From: an uncultured Chloroflexota bacterium
GTDB lineage: Bacteria > Chloroflexota > UBA11872 > VXNJ01
DNA: 64,000 bases
Direction of reading: 5' to 3'
Assembly: GCA_913043205.1 (NCBI GenBank)
Contig: CAJWLF010000014.1
Location: 226 to 64,225, forward strand
Shown here: positions 1 through 9,119 of the stretch, piece after piece
How positions within the stretch are numbered: position 1 is the stretch's first letter
How the letters are laid out: each line of letters opens with the position of its first letter
Position numbers and translations under genes: made by a program
Notes under the pieces: model-generated
Database searches by the model: none
Told to the model about the DNA's origin: nothing
What the model saw: only the letters and a program-made list of their open reading frames with translations

Positions 1-922
1 GCCCCGCAATATCAAAGGCAGTCCCATGAGCAGGAGTTGTTATCGGAAATGGTAGCCCTCCATGCACCGTAACACCACGGTCAAAACCCATCAGTTTTAA
101 AGCAATCTGTCCTTGGTCATGATACATCGCTACGACCCCATCAACCTCGCCAGCTCGAGCCTTCAGGAAAATCGTATCCGATGGCATCGGTCCACATACA
201 TCAATCCCAGACGACCTTAATTTAGCTAAAGCAGGATGAATTATTTCGATCTCCTCATCACCAAAACTACCACCCTCTCCGGCATGCGGGTTCAAAGCCG
301 CAACAGCTATTCGAGGGCTATCTATACCAGATGCTTTCAGTGTCTTATTCAACAGCAGTACCGCTTTGCAGATCCCCTCCTCAGTAACTGAGCAAGCCAC
401 ATCCCGCAGAGCCATATGACTTGTCACACGACTCACCCATAACCCATCCAGAGTATTCAGTTCTGTTACAAAGCCATTAACCTTCAGTTTTTCTGCCATG
501 TAATGCAGTTCATCAGCGTGTCCCAATCCAGCCATGTGCATAGCTTCTTTGTTAAACGGAGCAAACACCAGACCATCAATAATGCTGTCCTGTAACAAGC
601 CAAGGCTCACATCTAAGGTGGCTATTACCGATCGACCAGATGCCTTGGTAGATTTGCCGATATCAACTTCGTAAGGCTGAATACTTTCCGTGGGATACCA
701 GGGCAGGCCTGATTTTCCCTGCCAATCATCGAATTCGAGATTACATTCTTCCAATTTAATTTCGACTGTTGCCTGCTTTGCCCCCTTCATAAACACGTGC
801 CTGTCCCCCACCAACAAAACATCGGCTTGATTCAGTATTTCTTCATTGGCAGAAATCCTGGCAACAAGTTCAGGACCAATACCACTAGGATCCCCTGGGA
901 TGATTGCTAAACGCGGCTTCAA
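1..922 (-). CDS. pdxA: 4-hydroxythreonine-4-phosphate dehydrogenase PdxA family. The gene is partial and its C-terminus lies beyond the window start.
   Basis: Minus-strand translation from TTG at 922 gives LKPRLAIIPGDPSGIGPELVARI..., the classic PdxA N-terminus. A GGAGG RBS lies 6 nt upstream. The ORF runs off the window start, so it is absent from the ORF track. Confidence 0.8.
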   Translation of the reverse strand, partial: MKPRLAIIPGDPSGIGPELVARISANEEILNQADVLLVGDRHVFMKGAKQATVEIKLEECNLEFDDWQGKSGLPWYPTESIQPYEVDIGKSTKASGRSVIATLDVSLGLLQDSIIDGLVFAPFNKEAMHMAGLGHADELHYMAEKLKVNGFVTELNTLDGLWVSRVTSHMALRDVACSVTEEGICKAVLLLNKTLKASGIDSPRIAVAALNPHAGEGGSFGDEEIEIIHPALAKLRSSGIDVCGPMPSDTIFLKARAGEVDGVVAMYHDQGQIALKLMGFDRGVTVHGGLPFPITTPAHGTAFDIAG

Positions 923-1097
923 ATTAGCACCTCCTACAGAATCTGATATGCAATACCGAACTAAATGCAGAAATTCTTACAATCAAAGATAAATAAAGCT
1001 TCGATAAGTAGCCGAAACTACTTAAGGAACTATAGTCTGTACTTAAATACTGTGGATGCCAATGGCAAATCGATAATTACATAGCAGGAAGTGTGTT

Positions 1098-2201
1098 TTG
1101 AAAATAACCAACATCAAGGTGGAAATGTTCGAGTGGACTTCGGAAGGATGGCAGACAGGCGAAGGAATAGCGTTTGGTGACACTCGCCAATTAGGTGTTG
1201 TAGCAGTGGAAACGGATGAAGGGATTACGGGACATTCGTTCTTAGGGTCTTCAAGTGTAGGGGCCGAACACTTTACCCCAGGGTTGATCCAGTTCCTTAA
1301 ACCCATGCTCATGGGTGCCAACCCACAAGAGATCGGTGCACTATGGGGGTCAATGTGGCATACGAGAAAACGTGTTTCCCCGTATGCTATCGGCGCTTTA
1401 GACATATGCCTATGGGACATAAATGGGAAAATTTCAGAGCAGCCAGTACACAGGCTACTAGGTACCTGCAAAAACTCTGTTCCTGTCTATTCAAGCACTG
1501 CTCACCACGAAACCAATGAAGCTTATGTTGAAGAAGCCTTACGGATGAAACACAGCGGACTAACTGCCCACAAGATTCATCCACATGGCGATCCGATAAA
1601 AGACGTTGAGCTTTGCCAGGATATAAGGGAAGCAGTAGGCGATGATATAACACTAATGCTGGATGCAATGTGGGCTTATCGTTACGCAGATGCACTTCAA
1701 GTTGGTCGCGCAATCGAAGCTCTAAATTTTTATTGGTATGAAGACCCTCTTGCACAGGAAGATATCTACAATTACAAAAAATTACATCAGAAGCTTGATA
1801 TTCAACTAATGTCCACCGAATATCTACCAGGTCAGTTCTACAGCATGGCTGAATGGGTCACTGAATACGCTACAGATATTTTGAGAGGCGACGTAGCTAT
1901 TACTGGAGGCATTACCCCATTAATTCGACTCGGCCACCTCGCCGAGGCATTCAACATGCAATGTGAGATCCACCACGGTGGTAACTCCCTCAATAATGTA
2001 GCCAATCTCCATGTAACTATGGCCATACCAAACTGTGAATTCTTTGAATTCTTCCCATGTACGGGCGCAAATATGTTCGGACTAGTGGACGATATTGAGT
2101 GGGATAATGAGGGTATGGTGCATGCGCCAACCAAACCTGGACTCGGCTATCAAATAGATTGGGATCTTCTGAAAAGCACTCAATTAGGAACAATAGAATA
2201 G
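1098..2201 (+). CDS. Enolase-superfamily enzyme (mandelate racemase / muconate lactonising enzyme family, sugar-acid dehydratase-like)
   Basis: 367 aa ORF with an MR/MLE-like N-terminal capping domain and barrel domain (..LDAMWAY..YWYEDPL..). Probable TTG start preceded by AGGAAG. Confidence 0.7.
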   Translation: MKITNIKVEMFEWTSEGWQTGEGIAFGDTRQLGVVAVETDEGITGHSFLGSSSVGAEHFTPGLIQFLKPMLMGANPQEIGALWGSMWHTRKRVSPYAIGALDICLWDINGKISEQPVHRLLGTCKNSVPVYSSTAHHETNEAYVEEALRMKHSGLTAHKIHPHGDPIKDVELCQDIREAVGDDITLMLDAMWAYRYADALQVGRAIEALNFYWYEDPLAQEDIYNYKKLHQKLDIQLMSTEYLPGQFYSMAEWVTEYATDILRGDVAITGGITPLIRLGHLAEAFNMQCEIHHGGNSLNNVANLHVTMAIPNCEFFEFFPCTGANMFGLVDDIEWDNEGMVHAPTKPGLGYQIDWDLLKSTQLGTIE

Positions 2202-2477
2202 GTCCGGGTTGGATAATTCGGCAAAGGCTGCTGCTAGCTTCCACTCTAACGGGGCTTGCAGACCTCGAATCTAAACTTGCGTTCAACTCGGGTTGGAATG
2301 CTAACTTAGAACATCCCATCAACCTTGCCTTTCCAAACCAATCAGGTAGTTCCAAGCACCAAATCAGGTAAGGACCACTCAATACTAATCGTTCAAGAGT
2401 TCTAGTCAACGCATTAGATGTATAGAGATGTACACCATAAAATGATATTAGCCTCCAATAGTCCATGAGATGAGTAA

Positions 2478-3308
2478 ATGTCAGAAGATCTTGGTTACGA
2501 TACAGTCACAGCACTGGCAGAATCTGATGCTACAGGAAAGATAGCTGATATCTTTTCTGACATCCGGCACACGATGCAAATCCCGATTCTCACATCAATA
2601 TGGCGTGTTCTTGCTGATTCAGAAACAGACCTAGATTTGACCTGGAAAGCGGTGAAGCCACTTTACGCAACAGGGCAACCAGAAGCTGGATTAGCTCGTT
2701 TGCGATCGGAGGCTAAATTCCCAGTGCTAGAGCCAGTTTCGTTGAGTGAGATCGACGCTATCGGTATGCCATCCGAAGAATTTCAAAGCGCCAAAGCAGT
2801 TCTTGCCGCGTACAACCGATCCAACAGCTTGAATCTCATTACACTAACTGCTTTATTGACCGATCAACCCGAAGAACATGTTGAATATCCGTCTATAAAA
2901 ACAGCCTTTGTGCCCAACCCTCTTCCAAAGTTGTTACCTCGTGATGAAATTTCGGATTCCGTTTGGGAAACAGTGTTACAGATCAATACTCATGGCACAA
3001 AACATAACCACCCATCATTAGCAACAATTTTCAGACACTTGGCATACTGGCCTAATCTGCTTTCACTTATGGAATCGCGTCTCGCAAACGCACAGAAACC
3101 AGCCGCTATTCCCACTGGGGCCGACAGCGTCGCTAACATCGCAATGGAAGAGGGTTACCGACTGTCATCACTACGTGACGATGCTGCTCTTAGCAAAATG
3201 TCAGTTCATTCATACAACACCATCGAAAACTACGTCGATGGTCCCTTCAAAGTCGCCCGAATAGTAAACATAGGTACAGCATTAATTCGCTCATTAGGCG
3301 AGTATTGA
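2478..3308 (+). CDS. Hypothetical protein with two internal repeats, possibly DehI-like
   Basis: 276 aa ORF with coding-like composition. There is a weak internal duplication (IFSDIRHT..IWRVLA / TIFRHLAYWPNL). The family assignment is tentative. Confidence 0.45.
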   Translation: MSEDLGYDTVTALAESDATGKIADIFSDIRHTMQIPILTSIWRVLADSETDLDLTWKAVKPLYATGQPEAGLARLRSEAKFPVLEPVSLSEIDAIGMPSEEFQSAKAVLAAYNRSNSLNLITLTALLTDQPEEHVEYPSIKTAFVPNPLPKLLPRDEISDSVWETVLQINTHGTKHNHPSLATIFRHLAYWPNLLSLMESRLANAQKPAAIPTGADSVANIAMEEGYRLSSLRDDAALSKMSVHSYNTIENYVDGPFKVARIVNIGTALIRSLGEY

Positions 3309-3772
3309 CATAAATAAGACGTAATTTGTTCCTAAAATATATATTCTCTACTGTTGTCGAAAAAGCAAACATCTTAAACTGCGTTTAAGATCATGTAGTC
3401 TTTCGAGGAGTTTGAAATTGGTTAGTGTTTTGTTTGCCCTAATCGTATTTGCCGCCGGTGGAGTGGTAGTAGCAGTGCGGGTGGCAATGCAAATGGGCAG
3501 ATATATAGAGTCGCTAGAAGTCGAATTATTAGTAAGAACAGGCAGACCAACCACAAAGAATTTCGCTGTATTTCGTCCCCGTTGATTGATGCAAATTAGA
3601 TTAACGATTCATACAGTTTGCGATCTATCGACTGCTATCGACACGAATAAATGTTTAATACAGACGTCAAATAGTATCAATAGGTTGATTCACACATTTT
3701 TCTACGTCACTGTAATACTGCTATCATTAGTATATTATATGCAGTATATAGTAGCCTTGATGTATACACAGA

Positions 3773-4852
3773 GTGAAGTACCTTCGTATGAAGTATGCGA
3801 AATCCGAACACTTACTAAATAAACAAATCTCCCCCCTGCAGACAGGCCAGCCAGTCTTTGCGAAATACGAAATAGTTGGAGGGAACGAAGACACGAACTT
3901 TCTTGATTGTATTGCTCCCAGTGATCTCAAATCCGAACCAATCTTCTGGTATGAGCCTACAAACCGAGACTTTGTTGAAATTTGCTCCGACTTAGCAAAG
4001 TGCGCCGATATCAATTTGGCATGGTTGGCACATCCAGGAAGTACCAAGACGTCCGGATATCAATCCACCGTTCAAACTCTATTACGGTTAGCAAAGAAAT
4101 GGGGAAGCTTAGGATTTGACAACCAAATGAAGGAAAGCAAGCAGGCAGATCAGATTAATATGTTGAATTCAATTTGGCCAGATTATGCCAAAAACATCCC
4201 AGCGTCTCACGATCCTGCAATCTGGATTACGGGACATGCTCGAAATGTAGATTTCATTCTGGAGTGTCTAGCGGTAGCAGCTAGAAGCTGGACTTATGAC
4301 AATATTGAATTAAATCAACAATTGGCTCATCTCTTGTTCCGCTTTGAAACAGGGATATCCCTCCCATTATCCACCTTCGACACACACGATTCATGGAACG
4401 TCAGAAACGCTCACTTTCTACGATTAGACAACACTATCCCTGCCCCCACTTATAACTATGCCGATGGTGTGCAGATTCGGAATGGACTAACCATCCCTCT
4501 CGACTTTGAAGACCCGGAAGACCAAGCTCTCATGCTTATTAGACACATTATTGACAGCAATTTGGCCACAGCGCAAGTGACAGCTAGGGGAATTCGTTAC
4601 ACCAGCCTCATGCAAACAATTTATAGTCACTTAGCAGGGATATACAGTGATGCCGTTGACAATATGTGGTGGGGGCCGGAAAAACCGGATAAGACTTGGG
4701 TGCGCCACTGCCATGAGTGCTCACACGTATTTGTTTCCGTATCGCGTCGACAGAAATTCTGCCCATCTTTGATACGCGGTGCCCGATCTACCTGTAACAA
4801 CACATTCAACAAACGCAGAACCCGCGCAAGAAATAGAAAAGAGACCAGTTAA
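3773..4852 (+). CDS. CGNR-like C4 zinc-finger protein, paralogue of the island gene 14353..15369
   Basis: C-terminus CHECSHVFVSVSRRQKFC-x10-CNNTFNKRRTR resembles the CGNR zinc-finger pattern (C-x2-C..F..S..RR..C...C.N...N.R). The central region aligns with the island paralogue (WG.LGF and GH.R.VD.IL motifs). Confidence 0.55.
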   Translation: MKYLRMKYAKSEHLLNKQISPLQTGQPVFAKYEIVGGNEDTNFLDCIAPSDLKSEPIFWYEPTNRDFVEICSDLAKCADINLAWLAHPGSTKTSGYQSTVQTLLRLAKKWGSLGFDNQMKESKQADQINMLNSIWPDYAKNIPASHDPAIWITGHARNVDFILECLAVAARSWTYDNIELNQQLAHLLFRFETGISLPLSTFDTHDSWNVRNAHFLRLDNTIPAPTYNYADGVQIRNGLTIPLDFEDPEDQALMLIRHIIDSNLATAQVTARGIRYTSLMQTIYSHLAGIYSDAVDNMWWGPEKPDKTWVRHCHECSHVFVSVSRRQKFCPSLIRGARSTCNNTFNKRRTRARNRKETS

Positions 4853-5001
4853 AATCATCTTTTATTTCTTGCAATTACGAACGATAGAATCTACGTTCGC
4901 TAACCAGTTGAATGGTGAAGTGAGAAAACCGGTTGAGCCTTCCTTTTCGATTCACTTTGGCTTCAACCCGTCTAAATAGATCCGTGGTCAATCATGTTTA
5001 G

Positions 5002-5847
5002 CTAGTTGGAATCCAATCTAGCTATGATGTCTTGTGGCATTCGAACACTGTTACTTATTGTTGGAAAATCTTTCTGTCGAACAGCCTCAATGTACTGCTC
5101 AGCGATGTACGTAGTGGCCTTGGCCGAGTCACCAAAGCGCTTTGAATGTCGTGGAAGAAAATCAAGATTCCATCCTGCGATATCATGTAATACTTGGATC
5201 TCCCCGTCACAGTCGGGCCCGGCACCTATTCCGATTGTTGGTATGGAAAGTCGTTCGGTGACAAGCTTACCTAGTTCATGTGGAATGGCCTCGATCACAA
5301 TTGCGAATGCTCCGGCTGCTTCCAACGCGAGGGCGTCATCCAGTAATGCCCGAGCAGTATTGTAGTCACGGGCTTGCGCTTTGAAACCACCGAGTTGGTG
5401 GACCGATTGTGGTGTTAAACCTAGGTGCCCCATCACTGGTACACCGGCTGCCACAATTGTCCGAACACGATTTTCAACAGCCCTTCCGCCTTCCAATTTG
5501 ACGGCCTGCACTTGGCCTCTCTGAATAATCCTGCGAGAGTTGTGCAGTGCCTGTGAATCAGATGCTTGGAAGCTCAGAAATGGCAAATCGGCGATTAGAA
5601 GTGTATCGGGTGCCCCACGAGCTACGGCTCTTGCGTGGTGAACAATATCATTCACCGTCACTTGAGTCACTGAATCATAACCTAGAACATTCGTTCCAAC
5701 GCTGTCTCCAATTAAGATGGCGTCGATTTCAGCAGCCTCGAGAGCCCGGGCAGTCGGCGCATCATAAGAAGTTAACAATGCGAGCTTCTTGCCTGAAGAC
5801 TTACGGGCACGAAACTCAGTAATTGTCATGGCCATGGGCCCTACCAC
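5002..5847 (-). CDS. panB: 3-methyl-2-oxobutanoate hydroxymethyltransferase (ketopantoate hydroxymethyltransferase)
   Basis: 281 aa with strong PanB-like sequence (LTSYDAPTARALEAAEIDAILIGDS...GHLGLTPQS). Confidence 0.9.
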   Translation of the reverse strand: MVGPMAMTITEFRARKSSGKKLALLTSYDAPTARALEAAEIDAILIGDSVGTNVLGYDSVTQVTVNDIVHHARAVARGAPDTLLIADLPFLSFQASDSQALHNSRRIIQRGQVQAVKLEGGRAVENRVRTIVAAGVPVMGHLGLTPQSVHQLGGFKAQARDYNTARALLDDALALEAAGAFAIVIEAIPHELGKLVTERLSIPTIGIGAGPDCDGEIQVLHDIAGWNLDFLPRHSKRFGDSAKATTYIAEQYIEAVRQKDFPTISNSVRMPQDIIARLDSN

Positions 5848-6044
5848 CTATCATCATGTTATGTCTGCATTCTCTACCGAACTACCAATATCAACGTGTC
5901 AGTCAAAAAAGCTTAGCAGAGTAACATTCGAGGACAGCAAATTAGCGCATCTCCCGAATGTTCAATGTTTGTTCATTTTCAAGAGGAATAGAGAGGCTTC
6001 TAAACCAATGTTTTAATTTGCGTGGCAGGGACGGTGGTAGGGAT

Positions 6045-6186
6045 AACGAGTTATTTACCTGTTTTCAGGCGTGATGCAGAGACTAATAATCAGGTCTGTT
6101 TTGCGATTTTGAACCTGTGGCGGAGACGCATGCGAGTAGAACGCACCTGCCCTCTTCATAAGACGGCACATCGGATTTGAAGTCCG
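6045..6186. repeat. Left island boundary direct repeat (attR-like). It contains a displaced 3' fragment of tRNA-Sec plus 72 bp of flank.
   Basis: 142 bp nearly identical to 17494..17635, with one visible mismatch in the T-loop (gagtAgaac vs gagtCgaac). 6118..6186 corresponds to the tRNA CCA end through the anticodon stem on the minus strand. Confidence 0.85.
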
Positions 6187-6415
6187 TTCAAAGGGGCTTT
6201 TTACTGCACCGTGCTGCACTGTAAAGGCCCTCTTCCCCTGTAGCTCTACCCCTTAGGATCAGTAGTGCACTGTCGTTGCACCCGACTGCACTGCTCAAAG
6301 TTGGGGCAAAAGTTGGGGCAAAGCCCTAGGTCTATAGAAATTCGGGTAAAGGGTTTAACCAGATCGCCGCTCGGGCTATATATCTAGCTTAGGTGTCGAG
6401 AAAGCAAAACCAAAA

Positions 6416-6470
6416 ACAGGGCACCCCCCAAAAACAAAATTAGGTCTAAAATAGCTTTACAGATGTCCAG
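6416..6470 (+). promoter_or_regulatory. Copy a of the recurring island intergenic module (variant lacking the GCGATGCGTGGAG head)
   Basis: cagggcaccccccaaaaacaaaattaggtctaaaatagctttacagatgtc, immediately upstream of the 6487 gene. It matches copies at 8346, 10649 and 11601. Confidence 0.5.
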
Positions 6471-6486
6471 CAGGGATGGCAGATAG

Positions 6487-7449
6487 ATGACGTTATATAA
6501 AGTTTCAAAACAAGGTCTTTCCGAAGTCAATAGGGATAGGTTTGCTACTGAGCTTGAGATACAACAGCTGGTAGAAACCAACGTCGATTCCATATTTAAC
6601 CTAGAGTTGATCTCTAGCGAATTTATGATCGGTGACTTTCGCTTGGACTCCCTCTGTTGGGATGAAGAAGCAAAAGCCTTTGTGGTTATCGAGTACAAGC
6701 GTGGTAGTAGCTACTCTGTGATTGACCAAGGTTATTCATATTTATCGACCATGCTGAATAACAAAGCGGAGTTTATTCTTGAGTACAACGAGAAAATGGA
6801 CACTTCGCTAAAACGCAACCAAGTTGATTGGACTCAATCAAGAGTCATATTTGTAGCTCCAACATTTAATTCCTATCAGAAGAACAGCGTTAACTTTAAG
6901 GACGTGCCTTTTGAGCTTTGGGAGATTAAGAGGTTTGACGGAGACCTTGTCTCACTTGAGCAGCATGTTTCCAGTTCCAGTGAAAGTATTGCCGCAGTAG
7001 AGCGTGGTAGCACGGCTGTCTCTAAAGTCAGCGCAGAGGTAAAACAATACGATGAAAGCTATCACTTGGAAAAGACTAGCGACCAAATTAAGCAGCTGTG
7101 GAGTGAGCTATGTTTACGCCTAAATGAACTCGAAGGTACAACCCTGTCATTTAGAAAGCGAGCGATCAGTCTAAAGACAGAGAACAACACTGTGGTTGTG
7201 AGTTTCAATCTTAGGAAGTCCTATATCAGGACTAGTATCCATAGAGGAAGTATTTATCCTGACGGTACTAAAACAGGGCAGTACGGTTGGTTCACCTTGG
7301 ATGATCCTAAGGGTGTGTGCCACGAAACTAAAAAATGGTACATGAACTCGCATGACATCGTTTATTACCGCTTTGAGATAAAGACTGTAGAAGAGATCGA
7401 TTACACAATGCTGTTGATAAACCAAAAACACCGATCTGTTTTGAGTTAA
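6487..7449 (+). CDS. PD-(D/E)xK nuclease-fold protein (NucS/DUF91-like N-terminal nuclease motif) with an uncharacterised C-terminal domain. It is a candidate defence gene.
   Basis: GDFRLDSLCWDEEAKAFVVIEYKRG...VIDQGYSYL matches the D..(D/E)xK / EhK-RG motif of NucS-like RecB-family nucleases. Located inside the island and A+T-rich. Confidence 0.55.
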   Translation: MTLYKVSKQGLSEVNRDRFATELEIQQLVETNVDSIFNLELISSEFMIGDFRLDSLCWDEEAKAFVVIEYKRGSSYSVIDQGYSYLSTMLNNKAEFILEYNEKMDTSLKRNQVDWTQSRVIFVAPTFNSYQKNSVNFKDVPFELWEIKRFDGDLVSLEQHVSSSSESIAAVERGSTAVSKVSAEVKQYDESYHLEKTSDQIKQLWSELCLRLNELEGTTLSFRKRAISLKTENNTVVVSFNLRKSYIRTSIHRGSIYPDGTKTGQYGWFTLDDPKGVCHETKKWYMNSHDIVYYRFEIKTVEEIDYTMLLINQKHRSVLS

Positions 7450-7470
7450 GAATTACCTTGAGCAGGGGCA

Positions 7471-8346
7471 ATGAGAGTTTCTAAAGACGAATATATCCTG
7501 AGAAACCTCTCGAAAATCAGGCATAAAAAATGGGAACTGTTTGTTATTACCAGAATAATTCATTTACTTAATGATCCCGATATTGAATTTGTCTGTCAGC
7601 AACTAATTAGATCTCGAAATGGAAAGCGTTATTTGACGGACTTATGTTTTCCATCGCTCAAGCTTTACTATGAAATTGATGAGCTTCAGCATGCCTCAGA
7701 ACCCCACCGAATAACTGATCAAATTCGGCAAAGAGAAATAGTCGATGCGACAGATTTCATCGAAAAGCGAATACAGGTCTACGACACACATCGCAAGGAT
7801 CGGGATTTAGATCAGATAACCAAAGAAGTCGATCAGTTTGTTGCGTATGTAAGACGACGAAAAGAAGAGCTTGTGTCAGAAGGTGAATTTACACCATGGA
7901 ATTACGAGACTAGATTCGACCCAGCTACGCACATCAAAAGAGGCTTCATCGATGTAAAAGATAATGTCATGTTTCTTAACCATCGAGATGCAATGAGGTG
8001 TTTTGGATATGAGGGTGGGCACTTTCAGAGGGCGTTTTGGAGGATCCCTAACAGTAACAACAAAGCAATTTGGTTCCCAAAGCTCTATGAAAATAACGAA
8101 TGGATTAATTACCTTAGTGACGATTCCAAGAAGATATTTATGAAGGAAAAGACGGGTGCAAACTTGGACACCCTCTTAGGGCCGCAAGAAGAGTGGGAAG
8201 CGTTAGTTTTTGCCCACTACAAAGACCATTTGGGACAGATCGTGTACAAGTTTCTCGGTGAATTCCATGATTCTTTGGAAGAATCCACTTGTTATGAGAG
8301 AGTGTTTGTCAGGCGGAAATCAAAGGTTAATCTCGGGGAGTTTTAG
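7471..8346 (+). CDS. Hypothetical protein with a possible restriction-endonuclease-like D-x(n)-EIDE-Q motif. It is the partner of the upstream nuclease gene.
   Basis: 291 aa, with a 21 bp gap after the upstream gene, so probably co-transcribed. RYLTDLCFPSLKLYYEIDELQH is suggestive but not diagnostic of a BglII/BamHI-type PD-(D/E)x(K/Q) site. Confidence 0.4.
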   Translation: MRVSKDEYILRNLSKIRHKKWELFVITRIIHLLNDPDIEFVCQQLIRSRNGKRYLTDLCFPSLKLYYEIDELQHASEPHRITDQIRQREIVDATDFIEKRIQVYDTHRKDRDLDQITKEVDQFVAYVRRRKEELVSEGEFTPWNYETRFDPATHIKRGFIDVKDNVMFLNHRDAMRCFGYEGGHFQRAFWRIPNSNNKAIWFPKLYENNEWINYLSDDSKKIFMKEKTGANLDTLLGPQEEWEALVFAHYKDHLGQIVYKFLGEFHDSLEESTCYERVFVRRKSKVNLGEF

Positions 8347-8416
8347 GGCGATGCGTGGAGATTGAGGGTATACCCCCCAAAAAACAAAAAGTCCTTAAAA
8401 TAGCTTTACAGATGTC
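8346..8416 (+). promoter_or_regulatory. Copy b of the recurring island intergenic module, with the palindrome GGGTATACCC at 8366..8375
   Basis: gggcgatgcgtggagattgagggtataccccccaaaaaacaaaaagtccttaaaatagctttacagatgtc directly follows the stop of gene 7471..8346 and precedes gene 8438. Confidence 0.55.
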
Positions 8417-8437
8417 GAGCTTTAGGGGGTTGGTATC

Positions 8438-9100
8438 TTGAGCAGCACAGATCAGCTTATCGTTTTTGGAGTTATGGTAGTTGCGATTCTCTCCTTTTTT
8501 TTGCCCCTCGTTTTGCTAAAAGGGAAACGTGAAAAAGAAGAAGAAGAAGAGCGTCGTAAAAAAGAAGAAGAAGAGCGTATTGAATTATGCGACGCTACCA
8601 TTCACATCCGTCAAGAATCTCAACTATGGAAATGTACTAATTGCGGTGCAGAGATGGCTAACGCCAGAAAGTTTTGCACCCAGTGTGGTACCAAACGATT
8701 TATCTCTCCAGTGCGACCAATCGAATGTCAAAATTGCAATGCGCCCCTAGATCCAAAATGGGACTTTTGTGGAGACTGTGGCGAAACGATAGGCATGATT
8801 AATCCTGATGAGAAACCCCCTTCACCTAATCCGATAAGTGATCCTTTTGTCAGTCAGCAAACAGGACAAAGTAGTTCAGCAACAACACCAGTAGCAACTC
8901 AAAGCAAAGAAGGTCGTCCGAGTGCTTTTTATGCCCTTTGGTTTGGGGTTGTTGGTGGGGTTGTAGCATTAGCTGTCACCCAAAATCCAAACTTGCCTGC
9001 TGGTCAATTACCAGTGCTGGATGGAATCGTGGGGTTTGCGCTTTGGTTTTTTGTTTCGTGGGGGATCATTGCTGCAATTAGGGCGATGCGTGGAGATTGA
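8438..9100 (+). CDS. Membrane protein with an N-terminal TM helix, a KE-rich linker, two zinc-ribbon motifs and a C-terminal hydrophobic domain
   Basis: CTNCGAEMANARKFCTQCGTKR and CQNCNAPLDPKWDFCGDCGE are double zinc-ribbon motifs. Hydrophobic segments lie at both ends. Its 3' end encodes IRAMRGD* using the module head sequence (gggcgatgcgtggagattga at 9081..9100). Confidence 0.55.
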   Translation: MSSTDQLIVFGVMVVAILSFFLPLVLLKGKREKEEEEERRKKEEEERIELCDATIHIRQESQLWKCTNCGAEMANARKFCTQCGTKRFISPVRPIECQNCNAPLDPKWDFCGDCGETIGMINPDEKPPSPNPISDPFVSQQTGQSSSATTPVATQSKEGRPSAFYALWFGVVGGVVALAVTQNPNLPAGQLPVLDGIVGFALWFFVSWGIIAAIRAMRGD

Positions 9101-9119
9101 AAAACATTGATGTTTTAGT

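Noticed and set aside
1043-2466. Several minus-strand ORFs (1043..1471, 1387..1755, 1838..2134, 2017..2466)
   Set aside because: They are embedded antisense within the well-supported enolase-superfamily gene and have no domain signal.
6384-6698. 104 aa minus-strand ORF at the left island end
   Set aside because: It overlaps the start of the nuclease gene and the intergenic module. Its composition is low-complexity, so it is probably spurious.
8529-8750. Lysine-rich 73 aa ORF
   Set aside because: It is an alternative frame of the KE-rich linker (gaagaagaagaa repeats) within the zinc-ribbon membrane protein gene.
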